The notes under the pieces: generated by a model | Seen by the model: only the letters and a program-made list of their open reading frames with translations | Told to the model about the DNA's origin: nothing | Database searches by the model: none | Part shown: piece by piece, positions 1-7,592 of the stretch | Numbering within the stretch: the first letter of the stretch is position 1 | How the letters are laid out: each line of letters opens with the position of its first letter | Translations under genes and position numbers: made by a program | IMG/VR virus record: IMGVR_UViG_2585427737_000005 | Length of the DNA: 9,254 bases | Reading direction: 5' to 3' (one strand) | Source of the DNA: a virus | Lineage: Duplodnaviria; Heunggongvirae; Uroviricota; Caudoviricetes

Positions 1-1360
1 CCCGTAAGGCGTTCTCTGCGATGTTGTTGTCGATTTCCACCCAGCCATTACTGCAGTACACGTTCAGTGCATCCCACTGTTTCAGCAGGTATGCGAACGC
101 TTTTGCCGTATCTGAGTGACGCGACAGTGTTTTCATCTGTTGCTGTATCCAGTCATACAGTGACTGCATCAGTGGCGCGGCTCTGGCTTTTCTTGCCGCC
201 AGACGCTGTTCTGCTGAACAGCCCCGGACCTCTGCCTCGATGGCATACAGTTCACCGATACGCTGCAGGGCTTCCGTGGTGATGTAGGTGGGCGCTCTTG
301 CATGCACATCGTGGATTTTTCTCCGGGCATGAGCCATACACGCGGCTTCCGTTATTCTGCCGGATTCGTATAACGCCCGGTAACCACCGTAAGCATCGGC
401 CTGAAGCACACCGCTGTAACCGGCCAGGTGATTTTGTGGATGGATACCTTTCCGGTCCGGACTGTACGCGAACCAGACCGCCGGGGGCATCTGTGAACCG
501 GCGTTACGGTCATCACGGACGTAGACCCACAGCCGGGCTGTCCGGGTTTTACCGCTGCCCGGCTCCTGGACCGGGACGGGGATATCATCAGCATGGACTT
601 TACCGGGCATCAGCACATACTGGCGCAGGACGTCATACAGCGGCTCCAGCAGTTCAGCAACAGCACCTGTCCAGCGCCCCAGTGTGGCACGGCTCAGCTC
701 CACTCCCTGACGACGGTATATTTCTGACTGGCGGTATAACGGCAGATGGTCTGCATATTTCCCGGTGACAACATGGGCCAGAAGCCCCGCTCCGGCATAA
801 CTGCGTGCAATGGGTTTTGAAGGTACTGGTGCCTGCACGATATGGTCGCACCGGCAACAGGCCTGTTTCGGACGTTGTGTTTCGATAACCTTAAAGGCGC
901 TGCTGATAAGCTCCAGTTGCTCTGACACATCACATCCCAGAGAACTGAGTTCACCACCACAGGCAGGACAGCATTCCTCTTCCGGCCGGATAACCCGGGT
1001 TTCACGGGGAAGTGAGGCCGGTAACGGTTTACGGGCTGAAGACTGGCGCAGGGCGGATGGCAGTACCGGGTCATATTGCTCACCCAGCGTTTCCGCCATT
1101 TCTTCCTGAAGTGCGCTGATTCGCTCCTGTGCTTCCTGTATCTGCCGTTCGGTTTTTGCACGAAGTTTTTCTGAGCTTTTACCGAACTGCATACGTTGCA
1201 GTTTCGCAACCAGCGCCTTCAGCCGGTTGATTTCGGAAGCATAAGCCGCCACCCGCTGTGAGAGCAGGCGGTTGTATTCAGCCATCTGGCGGATGGTGTC
1301 CTGTTGCGTCTGCAACAGTGCCCGCAGGCGGGCGTTCTCATGAGCAAGTGAGGTGTCCAT
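1..1360 (-). CDS. tnpC: IS66-family transposase TnpC (orf3), C-terminus truncated by window edge
   Basis: Manual translation of the minus strand from ATG at 1360..1358 gives an uninterrupted 453-codon frame to position 1 ([33 protein letters not shown] ... [14 protein letters not shown]). It contains the CxxC pairs and DDE-region motifs typical of IS66 TnpC as I recall them. GAGG Shine-Dalgarno sits 7 nt upstream. The ORF track misses it because no stop codon falls inside the window; the listed 694..1209(-) ORF is a different frame. Confidence 0.9.
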   Translation of the reverse strand, partial: MDTSLAHENARLRALLQTQQDTIRQMAEYNRLLSQRVAAYASEINRLKALVAKLQRMQFGKSSEKLRAKTERQIQEAQERISALQEEMAETLGEQYDPVLPSALRQSSARKPLPASLPRETRVIRPEEECCPACGGELSSLGCDVSEQLELISSAFKVIETQRPKQACCRCDHIVQAPVPSKPIARSYAGAGLLAHVVTGKYADHLPLYRQSEIYRRQGVELSRATLGRWTGAVAELLEPLYDVLRQYVLMPGKVHADDIPVPVQEPGSGKTRTARLWVYVRDDRNAGSQMPPAVWFAYSPDRKGIHPQNHLAGYSGVLQADAYGGYRALYESGRITEAACMAHARRKIHDVHARAPTYITTEALQRIGELYAIEAEVRGCSAEQRLAARKARAAPLMQSLYDWIQQQMKTLSRHSDTAKAFAYLLKQWDALNVYCSNGWVEIDNNIAENALR

Positions 1361-1379
1361 ATCCTCACTTTACAACGGG

Positions 1380-1727
1380 TTATATGCGGATTCCAGCGCG
1401 TTCCGTTCGTTTCGGGTGCTTCCAGTTGATACCTTCAAGAAGCATGGATAACTGAGCCGGAGTAAGGTGCACCTTGCCGTCACGGGTGACTGGCCAGACG
1501 AAGCGGCCCCGCTCCAGGCGTTTGGTGAAGAGGCACAGTCCGTCACTGTCAGCCCACAACACTTTTATCTGGTCACCCCGGCGTCCGCGGAAGATGAACA
1601 GGTGTCCGGAGAACGGGTCATCCTTCAGGACGTTCTGAACTTTTGATGCCAGGCCGTTAAAGCCATTTCGCATATCGGTGATACCTGCAACCAGCCAGAT
1701 ACGCGAACCTGCAGGGAGAGATATCAT
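1380..1727 (-). CDS. tnpB: IS66-family accessory protein TnpB (orf2)
   Basis: 115-aa ORF (MISLPAGSRIWLVAGITDMRNGFNGLASKVQ...) matching the conserved IS66 Orf2 family by recalled similarity. Its ATG overlaps the tnpA stop in an ATGA arrangement. Confidence 0.9.
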   Translation of the reverse strand: MISLPAGSRIWLVAGITDMRNGFNGLASKVQNVLKDDPFSGHLFIFRGRRGDQIKVLWADSDGLCLFTKRLERGRFVWPVTRDGKVHLTPAQLSMLLEGINWKHPKRTERAGIRI

Positions 1728-2374
1728 CAGTGGCTGCTCCCTTTTATTTCGCGGATAAGTGTCTGTAATAACGCCGGCGTCAGTTTACCTTTAAGCCTGA
1801 GAGTTCCGGCCGGCAGAACCAGCTCACAACACAGACTGTCGGGCGGTGTATTTATCTGCTCTGGTTCCTGTGCGGGGGCCGGGATTTTATTATCCGGCTC
1901 CGGCGTTAACGTCACGGGAAGCAGTGCCGGCATATTTTTTCCGGAAGGCAGCAGGCCACCTTTCCGGTATTGATGGCGCCAGTTGAAGAGCAGGTTATCG
2001 TTGATTCCGTTTTCCCGGGCGATCTGCGCCACACAGGCTCCGGGCTGCAGTGACTGCTCCACTAAGGCGATTTTAAACTCATAAGGGAAGTTGGGCCGCC
2101 GGGGACGTTTTTTTACCACGGGGGCTTCGGATATAACGGTGCTTTCAGGACGTACGACTGGTACCGTGGAAAATTGTCCGTAAAGGCAGGCATCAAGTTC
2201 CTGCTCCGACATGCCTGCGGGCAAAGGCCACGAAAGGCCAGCTCTCCGAAAGCGCACGAACATACTACAAACAGTTGATTTTGGTACACCCAGGCGACGC
2301 CCGGCCACAACCCGGGGTAAATGTTCTTCAAAGTGAAGACGTAAAGCTTCAGTGATCCAGGTCCGGTGTTTCAT
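1727..2374 (-). CDS. tnpA: IS66-family accessory protein TnpA (orf1)
   Basis: ORF immediately upstream of and overlapping tnpB. Start taken as ATG 2374 (MKHRTWITEALRLHFEEHL...); an alternative in-frame ATG exists at 2404. Neither has a strong Shine-Dalgarno, so the start is uncertain. Confidence 0.75.
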   Translation of the reverse strand: MKHRTWITEALRLHFEEHLPRVVAGRRLGVPKSTVCSMFVRFRRAGLSWPLPAGMSEQELDACLYGQFSTVPVVRPESTVISEAPVVKKRPRRPNFPYEFKIALVEQSLQPGACVAQIARENGINDNLLFNWRHQYRKGGLLPSGKNMPALLPVTLTPEPDNKIPAPAQEPEQINTPPDSLCCELVLPAGTLRLKGKLTPALLQTLIREIKGSSH

Positions 2375-2440
2375 ACGATAGTGTCCATTAAAAATGATGG
2401 ACATTATTTTTGTAGAGCCGGAGGAAACAGACCAGACGGT

Positions 2441-2959
2441 TTAAATGAGCCGGTTACGTGTCACCTGCAAGATGTATTCATGCTCGACAGCCAGGACACG
2501 CTTCTCTTTCTTCCGTTCGTTCATTAACCGACTGCCGATCGTACCTTTCAGCTTTGAGCGTGTTTCTTTGATGGCGTAGCGGTGCTGCATTTCTTCGCCA
2601 ATTGCCATGCGGCGGCTCAGTTGTTCTGCCATCCAGTTGAATGCTGCGATATAGCTCTCCTTGATTGCCGCAGCAGCTTTCCCGGTGAACCCCATCACAA
2701 CCATGATCCAGCCATCTTTCGTCAGGCTGTACATCGGGCGAACCTTGCCCTGCTCATCGATATAATCAGCCGACGCAAAATTGCGTTGGCTAAACTCACG
2801 CGAGCAATCAGCCTTAACCTGCTCGATTTTCCTGAGAACATCACCGTGTCGCTTGCCGAAGTACTTGGCAATTTTTCTGGATGTGGTAACGACCTCTCCG
2901 TTTTTGGCTTGCACCATTTCTCGGAAGTCGAAGGCTGGAATAACTGAATGATTATTCAT
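2441..2959 (-). CDS. Rha-family phage regulatory protein (antirepressor-like), probably C-terminally truncated by the IS66 insertion
   Basis: N-terminal region (VVTTSRKIAKYFGKRHGDVLRKIEQ ... RPMYSLTKDGWIMVVMGFTGKAAAAIKESYIAAFNWM) matches the Phage_pRha domain pattern as I recall it. ATG at 2959 is preceded by AAAGGTAAAGA. The last 5 codons and the stop (2441-2457) fall inside the proposed IS terminus. Confidence 0.7.
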   Translation of the reverse strand: MNNHSVIPAFDFREMVQAKNGEVVTTSRKIAKYFGKRHGDVLRKIEQVKADCSREFSQRNFASADYIDEQGKVRPMYSLTKDGWIMVVMGFTGKAAAAIKESYIAAFNWMAEQLSRRMAIGEEMQHRYAIKETRSKLKGTIGSRLMNERKKEKRVLAVEHEYILQVTRNRLI

Positions 2960-3100
2960 AGCGTCTTTACCTTTTAGAAAGTGAGCCTGTCTCACAGAAA
3001 AGCCGCCCGAGAGAGGTCGCCACCTATAACGGCATTTCTCAGGCTCGCTTACTGAAAGGCTCTCGTTAATATGCGCGTGAGATGCGCTGTGAAATTCAGA

Positions 3101-3127
3101 TATAAAAAGCCCCGCGAATGCGAGGCT
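3101..3127 (-). terminator. Rho-independent terminator candidate downstream of the lysis cassette (minus strand)
   Basis: Minus-strand RNA reads 5'-AGCCUCGC-AUUC-GCGGGGCU followed by UUUUAUA: an 8-bp stem with one G-U pair, 4-nt loop and U tract, about 175 nt after the Rz stop. Confidence 0.55.
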
Positions 3128-3301
3128 AAATCCTGGTATTTGTAATGAACTGGCTCTTATCTCAACGCAGCCCCTTACTGCGCGCCAGATGCTCAATATC
3201 AAGCATCAGCAATGAGATGTTTAATCTGGATTTACTCCAGAAGTGATCACCACCCTGTCTACAGAGCCAGATGTGAAGGATGATGAGTAAAATTATCGCT
3301 A

Positions 3302-3769
3302 TCATCGAAGGCATTGCGTCCTAATGTATTCCTGAAGCGTTCTCAGTGCTGTTTGGTCGCGGATAATTCCGTCCCGGATATCGAGAACGTTTCGTCCAGC
3401 AACTGGAGAGAGTTCGACGGTGGCATCATTGCCCATGCCGGAGGCGCTGGAGGTTTCGGCAGAGGATGGCACAGGGCATTTTCCTTTGACGAGCACCCTG
3501 CCACCATTATCAAGCTTCCGCAGAAGAGCATCATTTTCAGCTTTCGCATCAGCTAACTCCTTCGTGTATTTTGCATCGAGCGCAGCAACATCACGCTGAC
3601 GCATCTGCATGTCAGTAATTGCCGCGTTCGCCAGCTTCAGTTCTCTGACATTTTTGTCGCGCTGGGCTTTGTAGGTAATGGCGTTATCACGGTAATGATT
3701 AACAGCCCATGACAGGCAGACGATGATGCAGATAACCAGAGCGGAGATAATCGCGGTTACTCTGTTCAT
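3302..3769 (-). CDS. rzpD: Rz-type i-spanin (lysis protein, inner-membrane spanin subunit)
   Basis: ATG at 3769 overlaps the endolysin stop (ATGA). N-terminal TM segment ([23 protein letters not shown]) followed by a charged coiled-coil-like region, as in lambda/21 Rz. The track ORF begins at an upstream GTG (3781) that lacks a Shine-Dalgarno. Confidence 0.85.
   Translation of the reverse strand: MNRVTAIISALVICIIVCLSWAVNHYRDNAITYKAQRDKNVRELKLANAAITDMQMRQRDVAALDAKYTKELADAKAENDALLRKLDNGGRVLVKGKCPVPSSAETSSASGMGNDATVELSPVAGRNVLDIRDGIIRDQTALRTLQEYIRTQCLR
3343..3549 (-). CDS. rzoD: Rz1-type o-spanin lipoprotein, embedded in the +1 frame of Rz
   Basis: 68-aa ORF lying wholly inside Rz. Lipobox IMVAGC places the lipidated Cys at residue 19, followed by a proline-rich stretch ([11 protein letters not shown]). 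Strong Shine-Dalgarno (AAGGAG) 9-14 nt upstream of ATG 3549. Confidence 0.8.
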   Translation of the reverse strand: MRKLKMMLFCGSLIMVAGCSSKENALCHPLPKPPAPPAWAMMPPSNSLQLLDETFSISGTELSATKQH

Positions 3770-4263
3770 TGCTGACCCCACAAACAGATTTCACGCTCAA
3801 TCTCACGACGAGTCATGAGACCTTTCCATTGCTTACCGCCAGCATATGTCCAGCGACGTAGCTGATCACATGCGCCTTTGATATCGCCCTGGTTTATTTT
3901 GCGAAGAAGCGTCGATGTTCTGAAATTGCCAGCACCCACGTTGTAAACGAATGAGTAAAGAGCGCCGCGCATTGTTTCCGGTATATCGACTTTGATGTAC
4001 GGGTTAATTTGTCTGGCGACCGTGGCAAGGTCTTTATTCAGGAGGGCTTTGCATTCTGCTTTGGTATACGTTTTACCGAGCATGATGTCTTTTCCTGTAT
4101 GCCCGTGACATACAGTCCATACACCAACAATATCTTTGTATGGTATGTAGCTGACACCTTCCAGACCATCGTTACCACTTGGGCCAGTAATTAACACTGA
4201 TGCTATAGCAATTGCTCCGCCACCAATAGCAGCAGCAACGGCTTTTCGTAATGATGGAGGCAT
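3766..4263 (-). CDS. rrrD: SAR endolysin (phage-21 R-type lysozyme, T4-lysozyme fold)
   Basis: 165-aa ORF with an N-terminal Gly/Ala-rich signal-anchor-release segment ([20 protein letters not shown]) and the lysozyme core ([12 protein letters not shown]...). Start overlaps the holin stop (TAATG); stop overlaps the Rz start. Confidence 0.9.
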   Translation of the reverse strand: MPPSLRKAVAAAIGGGAIAIASVLITGPSGNDGLEGVSYIPYKDIVGVWTVCHGHTGKDIMLGKTYTKAECKALLNKDLATVARQINPYIKVDIPETMRGALYSFVYNVGAGNFRTSTLLRKINQGDIKGACDQLRRWTYAGGKQWKGLMTRREIEREICLWGQQ

Positions 4264-4478
4264 TATTCACCTCTCGCAGCCTTGCGCTTATCTTCTTTAA
4301 TCTTGAAATAAAGGTTTGTCAGGTACGTCAGCAGGCCAAATACCAGGCTACCCAGCACACCTATTGCTGCCCACTGTGAGGGCGTGACTTTATCGAGCAG
4401 CTGTAAAAACCAGTAACCGGCACTACCTGCTGAGGTGCCATAGGCGACACCCGTTGTTAACTTATCCATGGATTTCAT
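4263..4478 (-). CDS. essD: Pinholin (phage-21 S-type class II holin) with dual start motif
   Basis: 71-aa [29 protein letters not shown]... with two TM segments. Met1 (4478) and Met4 (4469) give the antiholin/holin dual start. GAGGTG Shine-Dalgarno upstream. The track ORF is extended from an upstream alternative start. Confidence 0.9.
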
Positions 4479-4604
4479 AACCCCACCTCGCAGACAAAGC
4501 GGGTGTAAATTGAGGGAATACAACGTATCGCAAAAAAGCAGAAACGTAACAGACTCGGAGTCAGTGAATAACTCAGGTATTGGGTTATCAGCTAATATCG
4601 AGAC

Positions 4605-4639
4605 TCAAAAAATGGAAAAACCCGCTCGACGGCGGGTTT
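4605..4639 (-). terminator. Rho-independent terminator candidate about 130 nt upstream of the holin (minus strand); weaker on plus strand
   Basis: Stem AAACCCGC / GCGGGTTT (4618-4625 and 4632-4639) with 6-nt loop. On the minus strand it is followed by UUUUUCCAUUUUUU. Confidence 0.55.
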
Positions 4640-5065
4640 AAGCTGTGTGACGAAGTAACCACTCTTAACAGCATAACCAATTTTTTACGTACGTAAACCA
4701 CTAAATGATATTTGCGAGAATGCTACCGAGTATTGAAAACACCACTACAAATACATAAGCAAATCTCAACAAATAACCAACAAATAATTTCCAGCGTTAT
4801 TTTTAGCTGGTTTAAATTGAATCTTCAAATTATAGAGCACTTATAAATAACAGCCATTAATATAAATTGGCTAATAGATTTATTTTTATTCAGCCAAGAG
4901 CCATGAATAGGATTCGATAGAAAAAGTTCAGATAAAAATAGAGATCTACTTCACAAATCAAATGAGAAACCAAAACTTACATCTTGAAATAATCACATTG
5001 ATTAGATGAATATTTATCGCGCAGTGACATCATTTTTTAATAATAGTTCAAAAAAAGGGCTCACG

Positions 5066-6148
5066 ATGAAAAAATTAACAGTGGCAATTTCTGCTGTAGC
5101 TGCATCAGTACTGATGGCGATGTCTGCTCAGGCAGCTGAAATTTATAATAAAGACAGTAACAAGCTGGATCTGTACGGGAAAGTTAATGCTAAGCACTAC
5201 TTCTCCTCTAATGATGCAGATGATGGTGATACTACTTATGCCCGTCTTGGCTTCAAAGGTGAAACCCAAATCAACGATCAACTGACTGGTTTCGGTCAGT
5301 GGGAATATGAATTCAAAGGCAACCGCGCTGAATCTCAAGGTTCCTCCAAAGATAAAACCCGTCTTGCCTTCGCTGGCCTGAAATTCGGTGACTACGGCTC
5401 CATCGATTATGGCCGTAACTACGGTGTAGCATACGATATTGGTGCATGGACCGACGTTCTGCCAGAATTCGGTGGCGATACCTGGACCCAAACAGATGTA
5501 TTCATGACTGGTCGCACCACAGGTGTTGCAACTTATCGTAACAATGACTTCTTTGGTCTGGTTGATGGTCTGAACTTTGCTGCTCAGTATCAGGGTAAAA
5601 ATGACCGCACTGACGTAACTGAAGCTAATGGTGATGGTTTCGGTTTCTCCACTACTTATGAGTATGAAGGATTCGGTGTAGGTGCAACCTATGCTAAATC
5701 TGACCGCACTAATAATCAGGTTATCTACGGTAACAACAGCCTGAATGCATCTGGTCAAAATGCTGAAGTATGGGCAGCTGGTCTGAAATATGATGCGAAC
5801 AACATCTATCTGGCTACCACCTATTCTGAAACCCAGAACATGACTGTTTTTGGTAATAACCATATTGCCAACAAAGCACAAAACTTCGAAGCTGTTGCAC
5901 AATATCAGTTCGACTTCGGCCTGCGTCCATCCGTTGCTTACCTGCATTCTAAAGGAAAAGACTTGGGTGTTTGGGGTGATCAGGACCTGGTTGAATATGT
6001 TGATGTAGGTGCAACCTATTACTTCAACAAAAATATGTCCACTTTTGTTGACTACAAAATCAACCTGATTGATAAGAGCGATTTCACGAAAGCATCTGGC
6101 GTTGCTACCGATGATATCGTTGCTGTAGGTATGGTTTACCAGTTCTAA
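5066..6148 (+). CDS. nmpC: Outer membrane porin NmpC/Lc (OmpC/OmpF/PhoE family), apparently intact
   Basis: 360-aa ORF from ATG 5066 ([23 protein letters not shown], signal peptide, then [17 protein letters not shown]...) ending in the porin C-terminal motif VYQF. AAAGGG Shine-Dalgarno 7 nt upstream. The track ORF (from 5006) includes a 20-codon upstream extension that is unlikely to be translated. Confidence 0.95.
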   Translation: MKKLTVAISAVAASVLMAMSAQAAEIYNKDSNKLDLYGKVNAKHYFSSNDADDGDTTYARLGFKGETQINDQLTGFGQWEYEFKGNRAESQGSSKDKTRLAFAGLKFGDYGSIDYGRNYGVAYDIGAWTDVLPEFGGDTWTQTDVFMTGRTTGVATYRNNDFFGLVDGLNFAAQYQGKNDRTDVTEANGDGFGFSTTYEYEGFGVGATYAKSDRTNNQVIYGNNSLNASGQNAEVWAAGLKYDANNIYLATTYSETQNMTVFGNNHIANKAQNFEAVAQYQFDFGLRPSVAYLHSKGKDLGVWGDQDLVEYVDVGATYYFNKNMSTFVDYKINLIDKSDFTKASGVATDDIVAVGMVYQF

Positions 6149-6310
6149 TTTGATTACTAAAAGATATGTTGTGGGAGGCTTTGCCTCCCCAACATATAAG
6201 TGGCTCCCTCAAGCCACTTCCTTTAGAAGCACAACCTTGCTTCTAACTATACAAACCTTCTGTTATATATTACCCTTTATTTTTGGGGGCGTTTCAACGC
6301 CCCATTTTTA
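6149..6310 (+). ncRNA. ipeX: Structured nmpC 3' UTR, IpeX-like regulatory RNA region
   Basis: Four stem-loops within about 160 nt after the nmpC stop (6164-6197, 6198-6219, 6222-6247, 6285-6303), the last followed by a T tract. IpeX was described as arising from the untranslated region between the nmpC stop and its terminator in DLP12 and PA-2. Identity rests on position and structure, not on sequence comparison. Confidence 0.4.
6285..6310 (+). terminator. Rho-independent terminator candidate for nmpC / 3' UTR transcript
   Basis: GGGGGCG-TTTCAA-CGCCCC stem-loop followed by ATTTTTA on the plus strand, lying between the convergent nmpC and quuD genes. Confidence 0.6.
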
Positions 6311-6336
6311 ATAACTTTTAGTAAATAATTGGCGTA

Positions 6337-6720
6337 TTAATTAGAGTTATTAACAACGATATCCATCTCTAACCGGATATCTAATGCCATTAACATCCCT
6401 TCAATTATGCCCTCAGCCTTCTGTAACCTTTTCCCGATATAACCATCAGAGCAGCAATGCTTACCTGCCAGTGACATGAATGTCATACCGACTACATAAT
6501 AATCTACTAATAAATCGTGCAAATCGCTGTTGTTCTTTTTCAGACGGGCCATGCACCCGCAAATGATCATCGCGTCATCGTCACAACATTGCGGGCGAGA
6601 TTTTACTTTTGAAGTAATTAATCCCTTAAAACCGGCGGCAATGGACGACCAGGTCACATCTTCATGATTATTAGCCGCCCACGCTCCCCAACGCTCAAGA
6701 ACCATCTGAATATCACGCAT
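6337..6720 (-). CDS. quuD: Late-gene antiterminator Q (QuuD-type, small Cys-rich Q)
   Basis: 127-aa ORF from ATG 6720 ([22 protein letters not shown]...) with GGAG Shine-Dalgarno 8 nt upstream. Cys clusters ([20 protein letters not shown]) suggest Zn binding. Product and position after rusA/ylcG match the DLP12 gene order from memory. Confidence 0.8.
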   Translation of the reverse strand: MRDIQMVLERWGAWAANNHEDVTWSSIAAGFKGLITSKVKSRPQCCDDDAMIICGCMARLKKNNSDLHDLLVDYYVVGMTFMSLAGKHCCSDGYIGKRLQKAEGIIEGMLMALDIRLEMDIVVNNSN

Positions 6721-6805
6721 CAACTTACTCCACAAAAATCAGACCAGAACGCCAATTACAAGCAAAAATCAACAAAACAGTATTAGTTGATTGTTATCTC
6801 TGACT

Positions 6806-6946
6806 TCATACTCCTGCTCCTGTCAGGGTTTTGGCGTAATTCTTCAGTATTCGGTAATCGGTCAAAACAGAACCGGGGAAACGATATAAGCGCAGACGCC
6901 CCCAGCGGTGGCGAAGACGTCCTGCCATATAAAACTCAAACATCAT
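6806..6946 (-). CDS. ylcG: Small nin-region protein (YlcG-like, 46 aa)
   Basis: [49 protein letters not shown] found by manual translation. Its ATG overlaps the rusA stop (ATGA). It is below the ORF-track size cut-off. Identity rests on size and position recalled from DLP12. Confidence 0.5.
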   Translation of the reverse strand: MMFEFYMAGRLRHRWGRLRLYRFPGSVLTDYRILKNYAKTLTGAGV

Positions 6947-7305
6947 TCATTCCCCATTTCGGTGATGGTCAGTTCCAGCCTCCCACCTTTGGTAACAGGC
7001 ATCTTCACAACGCGGTAATCAACGACCTGAGCATCATCCAGCCAGAAACCTGCTTTAGTGAGTGCGTCAAAAGCGGCTTTTTGCAGATTATCCAGGTCAC
7101 GGCGACGGCGATCCGGCATGTGGCACTCAATGCGGATTTTCACAGGCATAGCCAGGCCGATATCCAGCATTGCGTTTTTAATGATTCGGGCGACGTTATC
7201 GCGGTATGCCTGCCCCTCTGCGCTGACGTGCGTGCGCCCGCGATTATGGCGGTAATAGCGATTATTGCTCGGAGGCCAGGGTAATGTGATGCTGTAGGTA
7301 TTCAC
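6943..7305 (-). CDS. rusA: Holliday junction resolvase RusA
   Basis: 120-aa [41 protein letters not shown]... beginning at a GTG (7305..7303) that overlaps the ybcO stop (GTGA). Confidence 0.9.
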   Translation of the reverse strand: MNTYSITLPWPPSNNRYYRHNRGRTHVSAEGQAYRDNVARIIKNAMLDIGLAMPVKIRIECHMPDRRRRDLDNLQKAAFDALTKAGFWLDDAQVVDYRVVKMPVTKGGRLELTITEMGNE

Positions 7306-7592
7306 GCCTTAATAACCCCCTCTTTCAGCCAGATAACCTGTGTTCTCGCCATACCTTCCAGCGCGCATTCTTTTGCATATGCAGCATCGACAAAATGAGT
7401 GCGGCGGTCGATTTCGTCGTGGCAGGCAGAACATGCAATGGTGGCAATCAGGTCTGGCGGTTTCGTACCGGTGCCGCACAATCCAGTCAGCCGGATATGT
7501 GCCAGTACAGACGTTTCAGGGTTGCCATTACATACGCCAGGGATTCTTACCTGGCATTCCCGACCACGCGCTGCTTTTCTCAAATCAGCCAT
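7302..7592 (-). CDS. ybcO: DUF1364-family putative nuclease YbcO (nin region)
   Basis: 96-aa ORF from ATG 7592 ([35 protein letters not shown]...) with a strong Shine-Dalgarno (AAGGAGGAG). Cys/His-rich. The track ORF extends from an upstream alternative start. Confidence 0.85.
   Translation of the reverse strand: MADLRKAARGRECQVRIPGVCNGNPETSVLAHIRLTGLCGTGTKPPDLIATIACSACHDEIDRRTHFVDAAYAKECALEGMARTQVIWLKEGVIKA

Larger units (their letters stand above)
1..2457 (-). mobile_element. IS66-family insertion sequence (ISEc8-like), partial; gene order on minus strand tnpA-tnpB-tnpC, tnpC-side end lies beyond window start
   Basis: Three co-oriented ORFs with the canonical IS66 layout: tnpA stop overlaps tnpB start (ATGA at 1725-1729), then 19 nt to tnpC start. 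Proposed tnpA-proximal terminus at 2457, where the minus strand reads 5'-GTAACCGGCTC, fitting the 5'-GTAA terminus I recall for IS66-family inverted repeats. Exact boundary is uncertain (about 0.5). Confidence 0.85.

Noticed and set aside
67-1209. Track ORFs 67..282(+), 298..768(+), 352..594(-), 654..857(-), 694..1209(-), 810..1109(+)
   Set aside because: All lie within the IS66 tnpC coding region but in other frames or on the other strand. The true tnpC frame is open across the whole interval and matches the IS66 transposase family, so these are overprinted non-coding frames.
1258-2331. Track ORFs 1258..1455(+) and 2113..2331(-)
   Set aside because: They overlap tnpC/tnpB and tnpA respectively in alternative frames, with no Shine-Dalgarno and no recognisable protein features.
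2582-2947. 121-aa plus-strand ORF antisense to rha
   Set aside because: Entirely antisense to the Rha-family gene, Cys/His-rich and low-complexity, with no ribosome-binding site. Most likely a chance open frame.
2960-3202. Upstream extension of the rha ORF to 253 aa (track ORF 2441..3202)
   Set aside because: The extension would read through the predicted terminator at 3101-3127 and lacks a Shine-Dalgarno. The internal ATG at 2959 has a good ribosome-binding site and starts the conserved Rha domain.
3128-3301. Bor-like lipoprotein gene downstream of Rz on the opposite strand
   Set aside because: Lambda and DLP12 carry bor at this position, but here the plus strand has only a 32-codon ORF with no signal peptide or lipobox. 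bor appears to be absent from this prophage variant.
3314-4194. Plus-strand ORFs 3314..3556 and 4009..4194
   Set aside because: Antisense to the Rz/Rz1 and endolysin genes, with no coding signatures.
5105-5947. 280-aa minus-strand ORF antisense to nmpC
   Set aside because: Lies wholly inside the highly conserved porin gene on the opposite strand, with unusual composition (Ile/Val/Thr/Phe-rich) and no start context. A typical antisense artefact of a long stop-free frame.
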